Source: Kudoa neothunni (Eukaryota; Animalia; Cnidaria). Taken from it: a stretch of 64,000 nt of DNA. A program made the translations under genes and the position numbers. The DNA lies in the NCBI GenBank assembly GCA_964304625.1, contig OZ199838.1, forward strand, positions 6,807,731 through 6,871,730. The letters run 5' to 3'. The notes beneath the pieces are model-generated. The model saw nothing but the letters and a program-made list of their open reading frames with translations, searched no databases and was not told where the DNA came from. Below are positions 28,678 to 42,023 of the stretch, piece by piece. How positions within the stretch are numbered: position 1 is the first letter of the stretch; each line of letters opens with the position of its first letter.

Positions 28678-30153
28678 TTAGTTGCATTTGTTATCAAAAA
28701 ATTTCAGATACGAAGAACGCGATATCATAAAAGAAGGCTCTAAAACCTTAAACGAAGGATCTATATTTAACAAACTCCATCCACATATGCCAAAGTAGGT
28801 ATGTAGAATATCTGTGTGAAAGAAAAATTTACTAATTTTTCCACAAAAAAAACATTACCCGAATGAACATCAGGGTGTTTGCTGAAACCCCCAAGTCGTC
28901 GATCCTGAGCTGAAAGGGAATGATAACGAATTGACTCTACATCAATTAAATTTGAGGAATTAAGACCATTTGTGGGATGATCCCAGTATGATTTTGAGAG
29001 AATATTAATGGTTCCACCTGCCCAAAAACTATAGCAGGTATCTGCAATTTTGGAAGGTCGTCCATTGTAGCCTCCACCTAGTGTATGATGTTGAGCACGA
29101 TGGACGGCCCAACGTAAACAAGGGCCACGAATGTAATCCAATAATTGAATGGCGGCATTGGAATGGATGGGGCAATGTTGCTCGACGATATGCACGGCTG
29201 CAACTGCACAGAATGTAGAACCACCTAATGAGTTGGTTCAGTCAAACATTCACGACATAAATAATAGATTCAGATCAGTACTGTGAGATTCTAAACCTGG
29301 AAGCTGAGAGAATCCTCCATCATAATTCTATAATTTTTAACATAAGTTCAACCTGAATTAGACAGTAGTGAAAACTTACAAAACAAGATTTGATGTAGGA
29401 GAGTAATCGGGGTGTGTCTATCGCATCGAAACTATTCAATATCGCACAAACGCCGATGGCACAGTAGCTGAATCGCATATCCGTATCCTTTTCAAACAGC
29501 GACACCGAAAAACTACACCGAGAAAAAAATTCAATGCAAAAATAACAATATCCTTGAATTCATATACCATCCAGATGGCATTTGAGTCTTTTTAACCATC
29601 CTTATTAGAGCATCTTTTTTCAATCTACTTAAATCATCCTCAAGAATCACCAAAATAAGTAGAGCCATGTAGGTCATAGCGATTTCACCACATCTTACAT
29701 ATTGTTCGCTGGATGGAGTCAACTATAAAAAAATCATCCACAGCTCCACAAAGTATAATTTTCTGTGTTGTAATCACATCGATTGGTGGTTTTATAGTTA
29801 ACAAACTTGTTCCTTTGAATGATGCTAACTGTAACTTTGTTTCAGGATCTTTACAATAACACAATCACATATTGCACCTCAATTACAAATAAACCTTCCA
29901 TCTCAGTTTGACAACGATACACTCGATCACATATTGCTGATTTTAGTTTATCATTTAATACTTGGTTCAAATTCATCACATCCAATCCTGATACAATAAA
30001 AAATAAAAACATCAAACTAAAATAATTATTAGTGGATTCAATGTGTGTTATAAACAGCTACCTATTGTTAGAATAATTTTCATAGTCGGTAGGGATGCAC
30101 ACCAAATGTGTCTTAATAAATTTGATATGTTTCTTCAATTCAGTTTGATCCAT
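28678..30153 (-). CDS. PGGT1B: Geranylgeranyl transferase type-1 subunit beta, 8 exons
   Basis: KHIKFI, FFIVSGLDV, IAMTYMALLILVILEDDLSRL, DMRFSYCA, YDGGFSQLPGLESHSGSTFCAVA, GYNGRPSKIADTCYSFW, GGFSKHPD and DILHTYFG (Zn ligands D, C and H retained). All introns are in phase. Confidence 0.92.
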
Positions 30154-32871
30154 CACGCCACTAAACTACGAACCCACCTAGCACATCAAAAAGTAGTATG
30201 GGAACGTTAATCACCGGATTAAATACCATTGATATAAAGATTAACGTGATCGTATTAGGGACATGGAAACGACTATTATTCTGCATAGTTGTCACAAATA
30301 GAATAATTCGACTAATAAGGTCCTAAATATTTTCCATATAAATAAATAATTTAATTAATTGTACAACTAATTTTGACTGTTTATTTACTCTAGTATGATG
30401 GGTGACATGTGATTTGGGTTTTTAATTGATGCTAACTTTTTAACATCAATTAAAAAATAATGTTAGCAAGAGTTAGAATCAACTAAATATAATTTTTTAT
30501 GTTTTTATATTTCTTTGACACTTATATGTCATTTGTAACCTTTACAGAAGAAAAGTTACCGCATTTTATTGATTCAAACGTGAAATGACAGCAGGATGAT
30601 AACCATAGATTTTAACTAGTAAACGAAATATAATAAACTTTATTTAACAATAAAAATACCAAGGTGTCAATGGGCCACTAAAAATCTTAGTATTCCCTTT
30701 ATCTTTACATTTGGAACGAATGATCGAAATTTCTAAGTTTAATCAGCCTGCATTAATGTAATTTCATAATTCAATTGCTAATATCGTGGAAAGGGTGAAA
30801 AATCTTTTCTATAGTTCAAAGAGATTACTAACAAATATTTTCCATCTATGGTGTTATGTTGTAAATTTATTGGATAATTTTTTCTAGGCAAAAATATGTC
30901 GAATAAATGATAGAAAAATTTAGTTTTATCTCGCAACTGCTCAACTTTTTATTCTAATTCCTGCGAGGGTTGACAGGGGATTAAATATGGCGTCATGCCT
31001 ACTGTAATAGGCTAATAAAATAAATTGATTTTATTATTCCATTAAAAATACATTCAAACAAAATATTAAAGTAACAGGAATTAAGGCTAGGATCAAATAT
31101 CTCGTAGTGGGATGAGAATCTTAAATAATTGTAGTGGGATTGGGGATTTATTTTTTTGTCGAATGAATAATAAAAGGTTCACAAACCTAAAGAAGCGTAA
31201 ATCTGCCTCCACTAAACTGAGATTATAGTTTGAAGCGACATTTTAATAACAAACCGACTCACAAACAATGATTAGCACCCACAATATAACATTTTTTCTC
31301 CTCATTTCTTGTTAACAAATCAATTATTTCTTATTAATTTCCGTCAAAATAACATTCATTTACATTAAAACAGTTAATGAATTGACTTTTTGTCTCTTTT
31401 TTGTTATTTAAACAATTATTTGATATGACGACTTTATCATTCCAACCTAAGGGTAGATCTAATAAGGCAATGTTTGACAATGGATATTTTTAACCTCACC
31501 AACCCATATTTATAGTTAATGAATAAAGTTTATTTTTTATAATCTACCGTATTTAATTAGTTTTCACTCCTAAGAGCGTCAGTGACGAACCGAAAATAAT
31601 TAACTACATCTCAAAACTACGCTCTTCTGGATATTATGATACGTTGCAATAATCACTTCCATATAATAATTCGCCGATTTATTTTAAAAAACTTCCAAAA
31701 TAAATTAATGATGGTAGATTATCCATACAACAAATTTTATTATTTTTTTAAATCCAGAAATTGTTGTATTAATAAATCTGTATTTGACAAAAAGTTTCAA
31801 GTATGATAATAATAGGAATTCATAATATTGATAATTTAGAGTTTATTTTGTATTGTATTGGTATCTTGAAAAATAATAATTTGTAAAATAAAAGCTTTTA
31901 TTAATTTATCATGTAATTATTAACCCAATTGATATATTAACGTCAAAAAATCGTGACCTTATTTGCTTAACAATCACCAATTATATTGGCTTAAATACAT
32001 AAGTAAAAATAAGATTAAAGTTTATTAGAAATTCTTAAATAGAATAAAACATTCCTTCTATTTTAAAACCAATAATTCAATAAATTTATTATGAGGTAGA
32101 TATTTATAAATCAGAAAATGTAATAAAAAGTCAGCTGTGTTAGACGTAAATACGAAGTTTTAGTTAAATAAAACAAACTCTTTACTACAAGAACTTCTCT
32201 AATCTTTTCATAGTTAAATAAAAATTAAATTTCCATATTCAAATTCAAATATATTCGACACAATAAATGTGGATTAAGTATTCAACCCAAAGTTCATCAT
32301 GAAAATTTCTCAGGTTATTTGAACTATTTTCTCTCATAAATGATATCAACACAAAGATTAGCAGGTGATAAAAGTACAAAGAGAAGAATTTATTTGAAGA
32401 AATATATCACCTTATTCTCTGTTGTTACATATAGATATGCAGAAAAAAATCCGAGATGTAGAAGCTATTAAATTTTGAAATTTGACTATACGTTTTTATT
32501 TGTAAAAGATCATATTAAAACATGTTAAAATATCTTAAAAATAATCTTTTAATTAATTTTCCAACGAAGAATAAAATAAATGACAAGGAATTCACGTGAT
32601 AAGTGTGTCTACTCCGTATTTCAATCAATCTCCTTCGACCATAGAGATAGCGCTTATATTCTCATTAATAATTTTTTATCATTTCGAAACTGATTAGATT
32701 TGTATTAAACTAAAAAATATACAAATATCTTATTTTAAAAACGTCAGGAAAATATCATCTTTGAAATCGCTCCACTTTTGAAATTAAAAAGGAACAATCT
32801 CTTAGCGTATGTATGCGAAAAAACAACACACTCAAAATTTACAACACATGGAAATTATGAATACATAAAAA

Positions 32872-35800
32872 TTAACGCTGTGAAAGTTGGGCTGAAGAAA
32901 TACCTTTATTACGAATGGTTTTTATTTTGGATTTTTCCTCTTCAAATTCTTTTGACTGGTAATAATGAGGAGCAACTTCTAACACCCATCCACTTTCTAT
33001 TTCTATCAACTAAAGGGGTCGTTTATTAAAATTATATCTTTGCCGACGTAAACTATTACATTTCGCATATATTCTTTAGTTGTTAATACCAACTCATGAT
33101 AGATAACCCATTTAGGGGTTTGTTTAAAAAGGGCACTGTTGGGATGGATAAGAACACTCTTCAAACGCAACACATTAGCAACTACAGCAGCACTAATGCC
33201 TTACTTGGTTATGCTTTACTGTCTTGTACTGTTCATTTTGACTGAGACGACTCATATTGTAGAAATAGCCAGATGTGATAGCTTTCCGAATGGCAATAGT
33301 ATCATCATTAGAGCTTATATCAATTTCCACATATTCCATCATACGTTCCAATTGTTCGTAAATATCACGCGCTCTTTTGAGCGATCTAAACAACGATAAA
33401 AAGGATACATGATTTGATTAATTTGTTGAACTAAGCACAAACCTGTGTTGTATAAAATTTTCAAAACACCATTGGGTGCTATACCCAGTAGACACCCACT
33501 GACCATACACACTCAAAAGGGTGAGATGATCGCCGTAAGGTGAATGAAAATTGCGTTTGGCGTTATCAGCCAATATTTCCTTGTCTTTGGGTCGATAAAA
33601 TATGGACGCGTTGACCGATAACATAGAAGCAATAACCATAGCCTGTTCTACACATCCATAACTTAATGAAATAATTTAATTATTAAAGTATAATCGATGA
33701 AAAAAACAATATTTACTGATCAGCTGCAATCAACATTTTAGCCATCATCGGATCCAGTGGTAGTTCAGCCATTTGTCTACCCAGCTAAAACACATCAGTT
33801 TTAATGTAGAAATGGCAGCTTATCATTTAAAAAAATATAAAAATATTAACTCAGCTGATAAGCGCAGTGAATAATAGAGAATTAAATAAAATCGCTTTAC
33901 TCAAGCAGTAACATGGAACCGACAAATAGGTCGAAATAGTTTAATCATAAACATGATTGCTTATGAATATTGGTGTTTAAAATATTGATAACCACGGTGT
34001 TAATATTTCTTAGGAAATACTAATACTGCTACATTGTCGAGCGTAAAATACCTTGGTGAGTTGACCCAAATGATTTAAGGCTCCAAGAGCGTACAACTGT
34101 TCTAATGCATGAATAAGAGTCTCAGCAGCTGGTGGATCCATAAAATCAAATCGAATAAGGTCGTTAATACCAAGACTTTTCAAAAGAAGAACCACATTGC
34201 CAAGATTGGTTCTTTGAATTTCAGGAATAGGGTTTTCTTCCAATTCTTTTTCGTATGCCCAAGCTGTGTAGAGTCGGAAGCATTTACCAGGAGCAACTCT
34301 ACCAGCACGACCAGCCCGCTGTTCGGCACTCGCTTTTGATATGGCAGCCACGGTTAAAGCTTCCATTCCTGAGCGTGGATTGTAGGTTTTTAGTTTACAG
34401 AAACCCGGATCGATAACGTACACAATGCCATCGATAGTCACGGAGGTTTCGGCGATATTTGTGCCGAGAACGACTTTTCTGGCGCCGGGAGGAGTGGGCT
34501 CGAATATTTTAGCTTGCATATCTGTGGGAAGATTGGAATAAATAGGCAGTATAATCAATTCTCTAATGTTGTTTCCCAGTTTTCTTAATCGTTCCTGCAG
34601 AACAAGCTGACAGGTTTCAATCTCTTCCTGACCGGGGAAAAACACCAAAATATCTCCCAAAGGTTGGGTCAAATGAATCTGTAATATGGATACAACAACC
34701 GCATCGATGTAGTCAGCTTCGGGTGCTTTTGTGTAGTAGATATCAACTGGAAAACGTCGACCGGGTATACGAAAAATGGGAGCATCATCAAAAAAGGCAG
34801 AAAATTTGTCGGCATCCAACGTGGCACTGGATATCAACAGTTTTAGATCCTTACGAAAGCGAGCAATATCTTTCACCAATCCAAATAAGATATCAGTGTG
34901 TAAGGTACGTTCGTGAGCCTCATCCACCATTATACAACTAACCGTCATATTAAACCAATCAAATACAATGATAATAATAGCATCATTATTTTACCTGTAA
35001 CTTTCCAGATCAGGCTCCCCAAGAAATTCTCTTAGCAACATACCATCCGTGAGATACTATATAATATTATCTAACGACTACTCCATTTTTGTGGAATAAT
35101 CAACAAATAAATAATTAGCGGAAATAATTCAGCAAGGTATTTCAATGTTTAAATACGCCAACTTAGAATAAATATTAACGTATAAAATAATTAGAATACA
35201 CATTAAAAATACATTTTTATTTGATCTAGAGATCTATAAATCTACAAATAAGAATAATTTGATTCAAAATAAAAGTCACATATAAGAGTATTTAGTATTT
35301 GATGGTGGTTTCAAAGTCTCAATGTTTTAAATGACAAGCTTGAAAACTTTCTAGTTTAATATGCAATTGAAATTATTAATTCCTATCATCTTTGATAGAA
35401 TGTGGCAGTAAATTCAACCATTTCAAATCCACAAGTCACGAAAATAAACAATGCTACTGAAACGCAAAAAAATATACTAAATTCGTTTTCTATATTTTTT
35501 ACGCATATAAACAAATACTTATTACTTAAGAAATTTTTGACCCCTTAGAAAATACAAAATGCATCAACTCATAAAAAATTATTTTCAGACGTCATTTTAA
35601 TGCTCTAAATTAAATAATTGTAAAAATCATAATAATTTATATTGTGTAATTTAATAAAATATTCAAAAAATGATTATAAAATTTTATGTGAAATCAACTA
35701 TCAATTAAAATAAATGAAATGTAGTTAGAATTTTCTTATACAATCAAATTTTAGCTCATAAATATAATGAAAATTTGTGCTAATAATCTGACATATATTA

Positions 35801-37256
35801 AGCGTAAACTAATAATTATAAATAAATGTTAACAAACTAAACTTATCTTTATTGAATAATACATTAATAATACAAAGTTATTTTAAGAGGCCCTGTATTT
35901 GTAAATCGTCACCGTAATAGTATTTACATAATACTTAACACAGAAATCTACGATAAGATTTTATTATATACATAAAACAGATGATAGTTTTTGAAGTATA
36001 AATTGGTATCATGGTTTAATCTTATAAACTGTCTTAAAATTTTAAAAACAAGGTTTAAACAAATCGATCCTTATGGTGAAAAAAATAACGAATAAATACT
36101 TTGATAACAGTTTTATCTGAGGTACAGTCTTCAAACCTAATATTGTATCCAACTTCGTGACCAAGCCTTGTTTGCATCTCATCCGAAACTCTGGCAGCAA
36201 CGCTCATAGCCGCCACTCTTCTTGGTTGTGTGCATCCAATTTTCTTCCCATCTTTTGTGTAACCCTGTGTTATATAATTTAAAATAGACGCACAGAAAAA
36301 TTTGAATACCGCTTCATACAAATATTGGGGTAATTGTGTGGTTTTGCCAGACCCAGTTTCACCCACTATGATTATAACTTGATGGTCTTGAACAGCCTTT
36401 AGAAAAGCGTCTTTATAGGGATAGACCGGCAAACTTTTCCTTGTCTAATTGAAGATGAACCCACACCAATAGCCATAACAAATACTTCCGCTATGGAAAG
36501 TCGCTTTAATTCTTTTACGGAAGGACCTTTTTTGGTGGGATCCCCCACAGTTCCAGGAATTTGATCCATTGCAACAAACGATACAAAATCATTATCCATC
36601 AAAAGCTGATATTCTTTACTGTCCGTCTACAACAATAAACACGTATATTCACATTGGTTTAGTCATTCGTATCACCACATCAATCCAATAAATTATCTAC
36701 TTACGTCCAATTGCTTTTTCATCTCATCTTTCGATCCAAAATGAAGCATCGCTTGGCCGATTTTCTCTTTCTCGATACGCTTTTGTTCAGTAACAAATCC
36801 TCCTTCCTCATCTTCCTCGGAATAGACTTCCTCGCTTTCTGGCAAAGCTTCGTTTTCTTTGGGCATCGCGTATCTAGTCACTTTCTCCAATTTGGAAGCT
36901 TCCACATGTTCCTTAGCTAACGATAACACTTTCTTTTGGTATTCCAAATCGTATAGCTCGGCAGCAGTAAGTTCTTGTTTATCGAAAATTCGTTCATTAT
37001 CTAAAATATCCGCCTCAAGCGCCTCCAATTGTTCCACTTTTCTTTTCTTAACATACTCTTTTCGTGCTTGATCTCTCAATTTTTCAACCTATTGTCAGTT
37101 TGTAAAAGTTCTAATACATTTGAGAAATTGCGATTTACATGTTTTTTGTCAGTATTTTCAACTCTCTTGTTTGTAGTGCTTTCAGTTTTTTTCTAAATCA
37201 TCTATTGTATTTTCATAAGCAGTATCTATGGTTACTTTCGATGAAGGTAAAGGCAT
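32872..37256 (-). CDS. DHX16: Pre-mRNA splicing DEAH helicase DHX16/Prp2 (start uncertain)
   Basis: [74 protein letters not shown] and EVAPHYY, plus the DHX16-type N-terminal helix [14 protein letters not shown]. All introns are GT-AG and in phase. Confidence 0.93.
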
Positions 37257-38286
37257 TAAGCTTCTATGGGGGTAACGGTAAAAATTGTCACGCCTGCGTA
37301 TTACGCCTGCAGCTTGAATCGATCTTTTGCAGTCGAACAGTCAGTCACATTGATGTTATCTACAAATACATAATAAATCAATATGGATCAGAAATATTAT
37401 ATAAATTTATCGAGTTTGTTCTTTGATAAAAATTGTGAGTTTTTTATCTTCGACTCAAATATAATCAAAAAATGGTCATGTTTTAATATCGATTTTTTGA
37501 ATATAGAATAATAATATGAAATTCTTTAAATATATATAAACGTTAATTTATAGAATAGAATGAAAATGAAAATATATCCAATAACTAATATTTAATTGTT
37601 CAACTTGTATTATTTTCTAATACTCGTTATTTTATACTTGTTTGATCACTTTGCAAACAAGGGAGTATAAATTTAGTTAATAGTGGCTAAAATAATTGTT
37701 TTTTATTAACTTGACTTTCTAAATCAAAGTATTGATAATTTTAAGAGTCATACTGGAGGATCAAATAGCTTAACTCATTCCTACTTTAAATTTACAAAAA
37801 CTTGAGTATTAATAGAACAAACTTAAATTAGCACTTAAACGATAGAATGAATATTATTAAGTATTATTTTATTTTTTACAAAACCATTTGAAAAGTTTCT
37901 TAACACAATTAATAAGCCAATAATAGAATAATATTTTTAAATTTATTAGGATATTCAGAGGTTAAATTAAGTCTAACTCTTTTCATCATATATTTATTTT
38001 TTACCTGTTGAAAACATATATAAAACTTTTGGTTAATTTTCTAGGTTCGTTGCCTCACAGCATGAAAATTTAATAATTTTGAATTTAAAATAATAGCTTT
38101 AAAGAATCTATTTTCAACGCAAGTAATTATTTAAGTAAGACTATAATTTTTATGATATCATTATCAGAAATTTCGAATTCACGTAGCATTATTAAATAAT
38201 ACCTTATTACAGTTTTCAAACAAACGCACTGATAACCACATAACATTACTCTCGGTGTTATTCAAAATTCATCGGATCAACAAGGA

Positions 38287-39534
38287 ATGGCCAATAATTT
38301 AGACAACGATATACTTCGCGGTATATGGAAAGGTTTAGTAACTATAGGAATAACTATAGATAAAAGTGACTTGATCAATCCTTCTAACCCACCACCTGTC
38401 TATTATGTAATTTTCGTCACAATTAATTTTAAATCAGCGATTATTTTAATTTTGTATTTTCTTGAATCTCCTAATAAGAAATTTTAATTTAATTTTTCTT
38501 CACTTTTACATGTAGAATAGTTTTCGGAGAGTATCTTATTTTCCGGTTGAATTGGAAGAAGCTATCAAATATTACCTTCCTTACACATCGGCCAAAATTG
38601 TTGACAATAATATTTTTTCAGTTGACTTTTGGGTTTCCTGTAATGGAGTACCTCTCAAATGGTGAGCGATAATCTTTAATTTAAAAAAATTATTTTGTAT
38701 GCTAGTGATAATAAATTATCTATGTAGGGATCTTCCTATTGGAGTTTTGTATGATTTGTTCGGCTCGAATACAAATTCTGATATATGGCAGATTATGATT
38801 CATTTTAATGTATTTATATATGCGTTATTTAGAAGCATATGTAAATGTTTATTATTTGCCATTTGTGGCGTAGAATTTCCCCATTGATGAGGTGATTCGG
38901 TTCAATTCTATTGATGAGATTGAGTCTGTTTATATGTCTAATGTTAAAGAGGTAAGCAAGTTAGATTCACTCTCAATTTATTGAAATGCTACTTTTTCTT
39001 TTAGTGTGATTATTTGTTGCATGATATGGCTTCAATGAATCAACTTCAGTTAGTCGATCAAAAACGATTGTTCACTTATACTTCCAATGGTATCCGTTGG
39101 TATAACTTTTTAAATTTCAATTAACTTTAGACAATTTTGAACAATTTCTCGCAATCAAAAAAATATTCCTTCAACAACCATTCAAGCAGATACCTTTCAG
39201 GTTGTATCAAGTTTGTTTTACTTCTTTCTAATCTAATATTATACTCTTTGGTCTATTTTCTCATTTTTAGAATAGTACAATATATCATCAATCACTTATC
39301 ACATTCGAAAATAGTACCACAGAAAATAACGACAACAGTGGTGAACTTCTTTTTACTGGATTTGTCGAAAAACTCCCACTCCCAGTCGATTCCAACAACT
39401 TGACAGATGAAGTAGCATATTCCGATCCCAGATTTATTATCCATGGGATTGATATCCCGAAGAAAGTCACTATGACATGGCTTTATCAACATCTGAGTTA
39501 TCCAGATGGTTTTCTTCATGTAGTTATTAAATAA
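38287..39534 (+). CDS. ATG5: Autophagy protein 5, 7 exons
   Basis: ILRGIWKG, RRVSYFP, NGVPLKWDLPIGVLYD, WQIMIHF, SNVKECDYL (conjugation Lys), IPFRLY, IIHGIDIP and LSYPDGFLHVVI*. Confidence 0.93.
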
Positions 39535-39998
39535 AAAATTAGAAGAGGTGTATGGATATTTTTATTTAAATTTATACATTATTTGATGTCATTACAATGA
39601 TCTATCACTTCGAAAGAACAATTCCTGAATTCTAGTTGTTTTTATTGTATTGATACACCTACATATACATATATTACCCTTCACAAAATATTATAATTAT
39701 TCATTATATAATTTTTTGTTATATCACGGACTCAATCTCTTTATACGAATATTCATCCTTTCTTTCGAATCTATCTAGGCTTTTAGAGACTTGTTAGTGT
39801 AATCAACCCTCTGAATTAATCAAAGGAGCAGCCTTTAGCAAATTCGTGATAACAATAACCTCAGATTTTTTTATATTTGTTAAAAACCTATTTTTGGATT
39901 TAACAGGTCTATATAAACCAAGTTGTCAGCGAAATCATGAAAAGGATTGAAACCACTATACATAGTTAACTCTAATGATTTGATCTATTTTATATTAA

Positions 39999-41108
39999 CT
40001 GGCAGGAATTGCCCAGCGTTGCTTGGGGGTATTAAGCATTGTAAAATTTCTTAATAACACTCAAAAAAGATTTTAATGTTTCAAATTAACCTATAGATGT
40101 GGTCAAAGTAAAAAAATTTTTAAGCATTATATTTTAACGACTTTGAATATGAAATTTAAATTATGATCATTTCTGTGAAGGAGTGTACCAATTCCGGTGT
40201 TCATTTAAAAATTTCGTGGCCCAGCACCAACGCTAAATAATTTGTTCAGTGCCGCATTTGTTGCATTCCCGAATTATGTAAATTCCCCTAAAGTGTTATC
40301 TAAAACGTTATTTTTGGCCCGGATCAAAAAGTTTTTGCCATGCTTTTTGGGTGTGGTAAAAAAAGATATAGAGATAGAAAAAATATTCAATAATTGATTT
40401 TTATTACTCAAATTAATTTCTCTTGGCCCAGAAAAAATTTTAGTGCGCTCTTTCTCAAAAAAACATACAAATTGCGTCAATATCAAGAAAAATAATTTGA
40501 ATAATCGGATGAAGTAAAAATACAACTATCTGCATTGAATTTAATCACTGAAAGTTCAACTTAGCAAACGATTTCAACTAAATCGACAGACGCAATGCGT
40601 TTATTCTGAAGCTTCAATCTATCTGATGATCGCATACACAATTAATTCGCTATCAATGAAAGAAATATAGACTTATTCTCATATTTTAAACCATTAATAG
40701 AACTATTAAAATATACTTATCAAGTCAAATACGTTAAAACTCCACACATAAGGAGTGCATTTGCAACAACACCTAAATTTATATACAAGGTCAGATAGCA
40801 GCAGCTAATCAACATTTTATTTAGCATATAGAGAGAAAAGTTAACTTAAATCGACCATCAACAGATCATATGCAGGTGCTAATCCTATTGTTGAACTTAA
40901 GTAATCCGTTAAACAAACTTTGAATCGACAAATCGCCATTTTCTGGGCACTTTAGGAAAATTTAGTAGCGTGAAAACGATTTAAAGATTTTTTTTTAAAC
41001 ATTCTGATTTTTAACCAATTTCATAAATATCTCTCTATAAGGAAAAAATTTGGACGCACAAGCGTACTTGATGGCACACACACGGACACTTCAGCTTTAT
41101 ATATACAG
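39999..41108 (-). mobile_element. Non-autonomous Helitron-like element
   Basis: The minus-strand 3' end CCAG|T is preceded by a hairpin (plus strand CCCAGCGTTGCTTGGG, 40012-40027). The far end ACGGACACTTCAGCTTTATATATA is shared with 28050-28113. That both ends belong to one element is inferred. Confidence 0.5.
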
Positions 41109-42023
41109 TATATTTGTTTTTTGGCAAATTATGATTTATGCATATATTTAGTTAATAAAGAGCCTCAGTTTGAACTAATTATTGTCCAAAAAACAAGAAT
41201 AAAGTCAAAACATTAAAGTTTTATCAGTTTTATTCATTCTATTTACATTTGTTTCCCTGTTAAAGTAGACATCCTCTATTTCCATTTAGTCTTAATACAA
41301 ATATTTTTTCTGCGTAAAAATAGACCCATTTTTTAGTCTTTTTTAGGGGGGATGAGGTAACTAAAATGAGTCGAGAAGCGCTGATCTAGATTATGAAATC
41401 GACCGATATAATTCCCACAATAAAAACAATACATATAAGTTTTCCATTTAATTTTTTGATTGTAAAAGATGCAATGGAGCAGTTTTAAATTATAATTTAA
41501 TTGTTGCGTGAAGTGTGGATGATTGTGACCTTTTGTATAATTATTATCGTGCAGGTTTCAACCCGTTTGTGGTTGAAATAATGCTTGTTTGTTATCTTTT
41601 TAATGAGTGAACTCAACAATTTTCTATATTTTTGTTATAAATTGACGAGAATTTTCAAAAAGATGTTATCAGAAAAACATGAAATTATTATTATCTCAAG
41701 TTAGACTGAGAATAAGTTTTTTTCATTGCTATTTTTTAAGTTTAAGAAAATCTTTAAGTAATTATACGTATTAGAAATTTCTGCGAATATTGGAAAATAA
41801 ATGCTAATTAATAAACAACGTAAAATATTATGACGTGATTAATTCCTGACTTAAGTGTAGAACACCTCAAGTTCTTTAGAGGGTTACTGAGTTCTATAAG
41901 AAATAATAGTTCTTTTTTAATTTTAAAAATAAAACCACTCAATGAAAAAAAAGAATTGCTGAAGGCGCCAAAACGTCCAAGCTCTCGAATGTTTCCGAGA
42001 TTGCTTCCTTCGTGCCGAGATCC

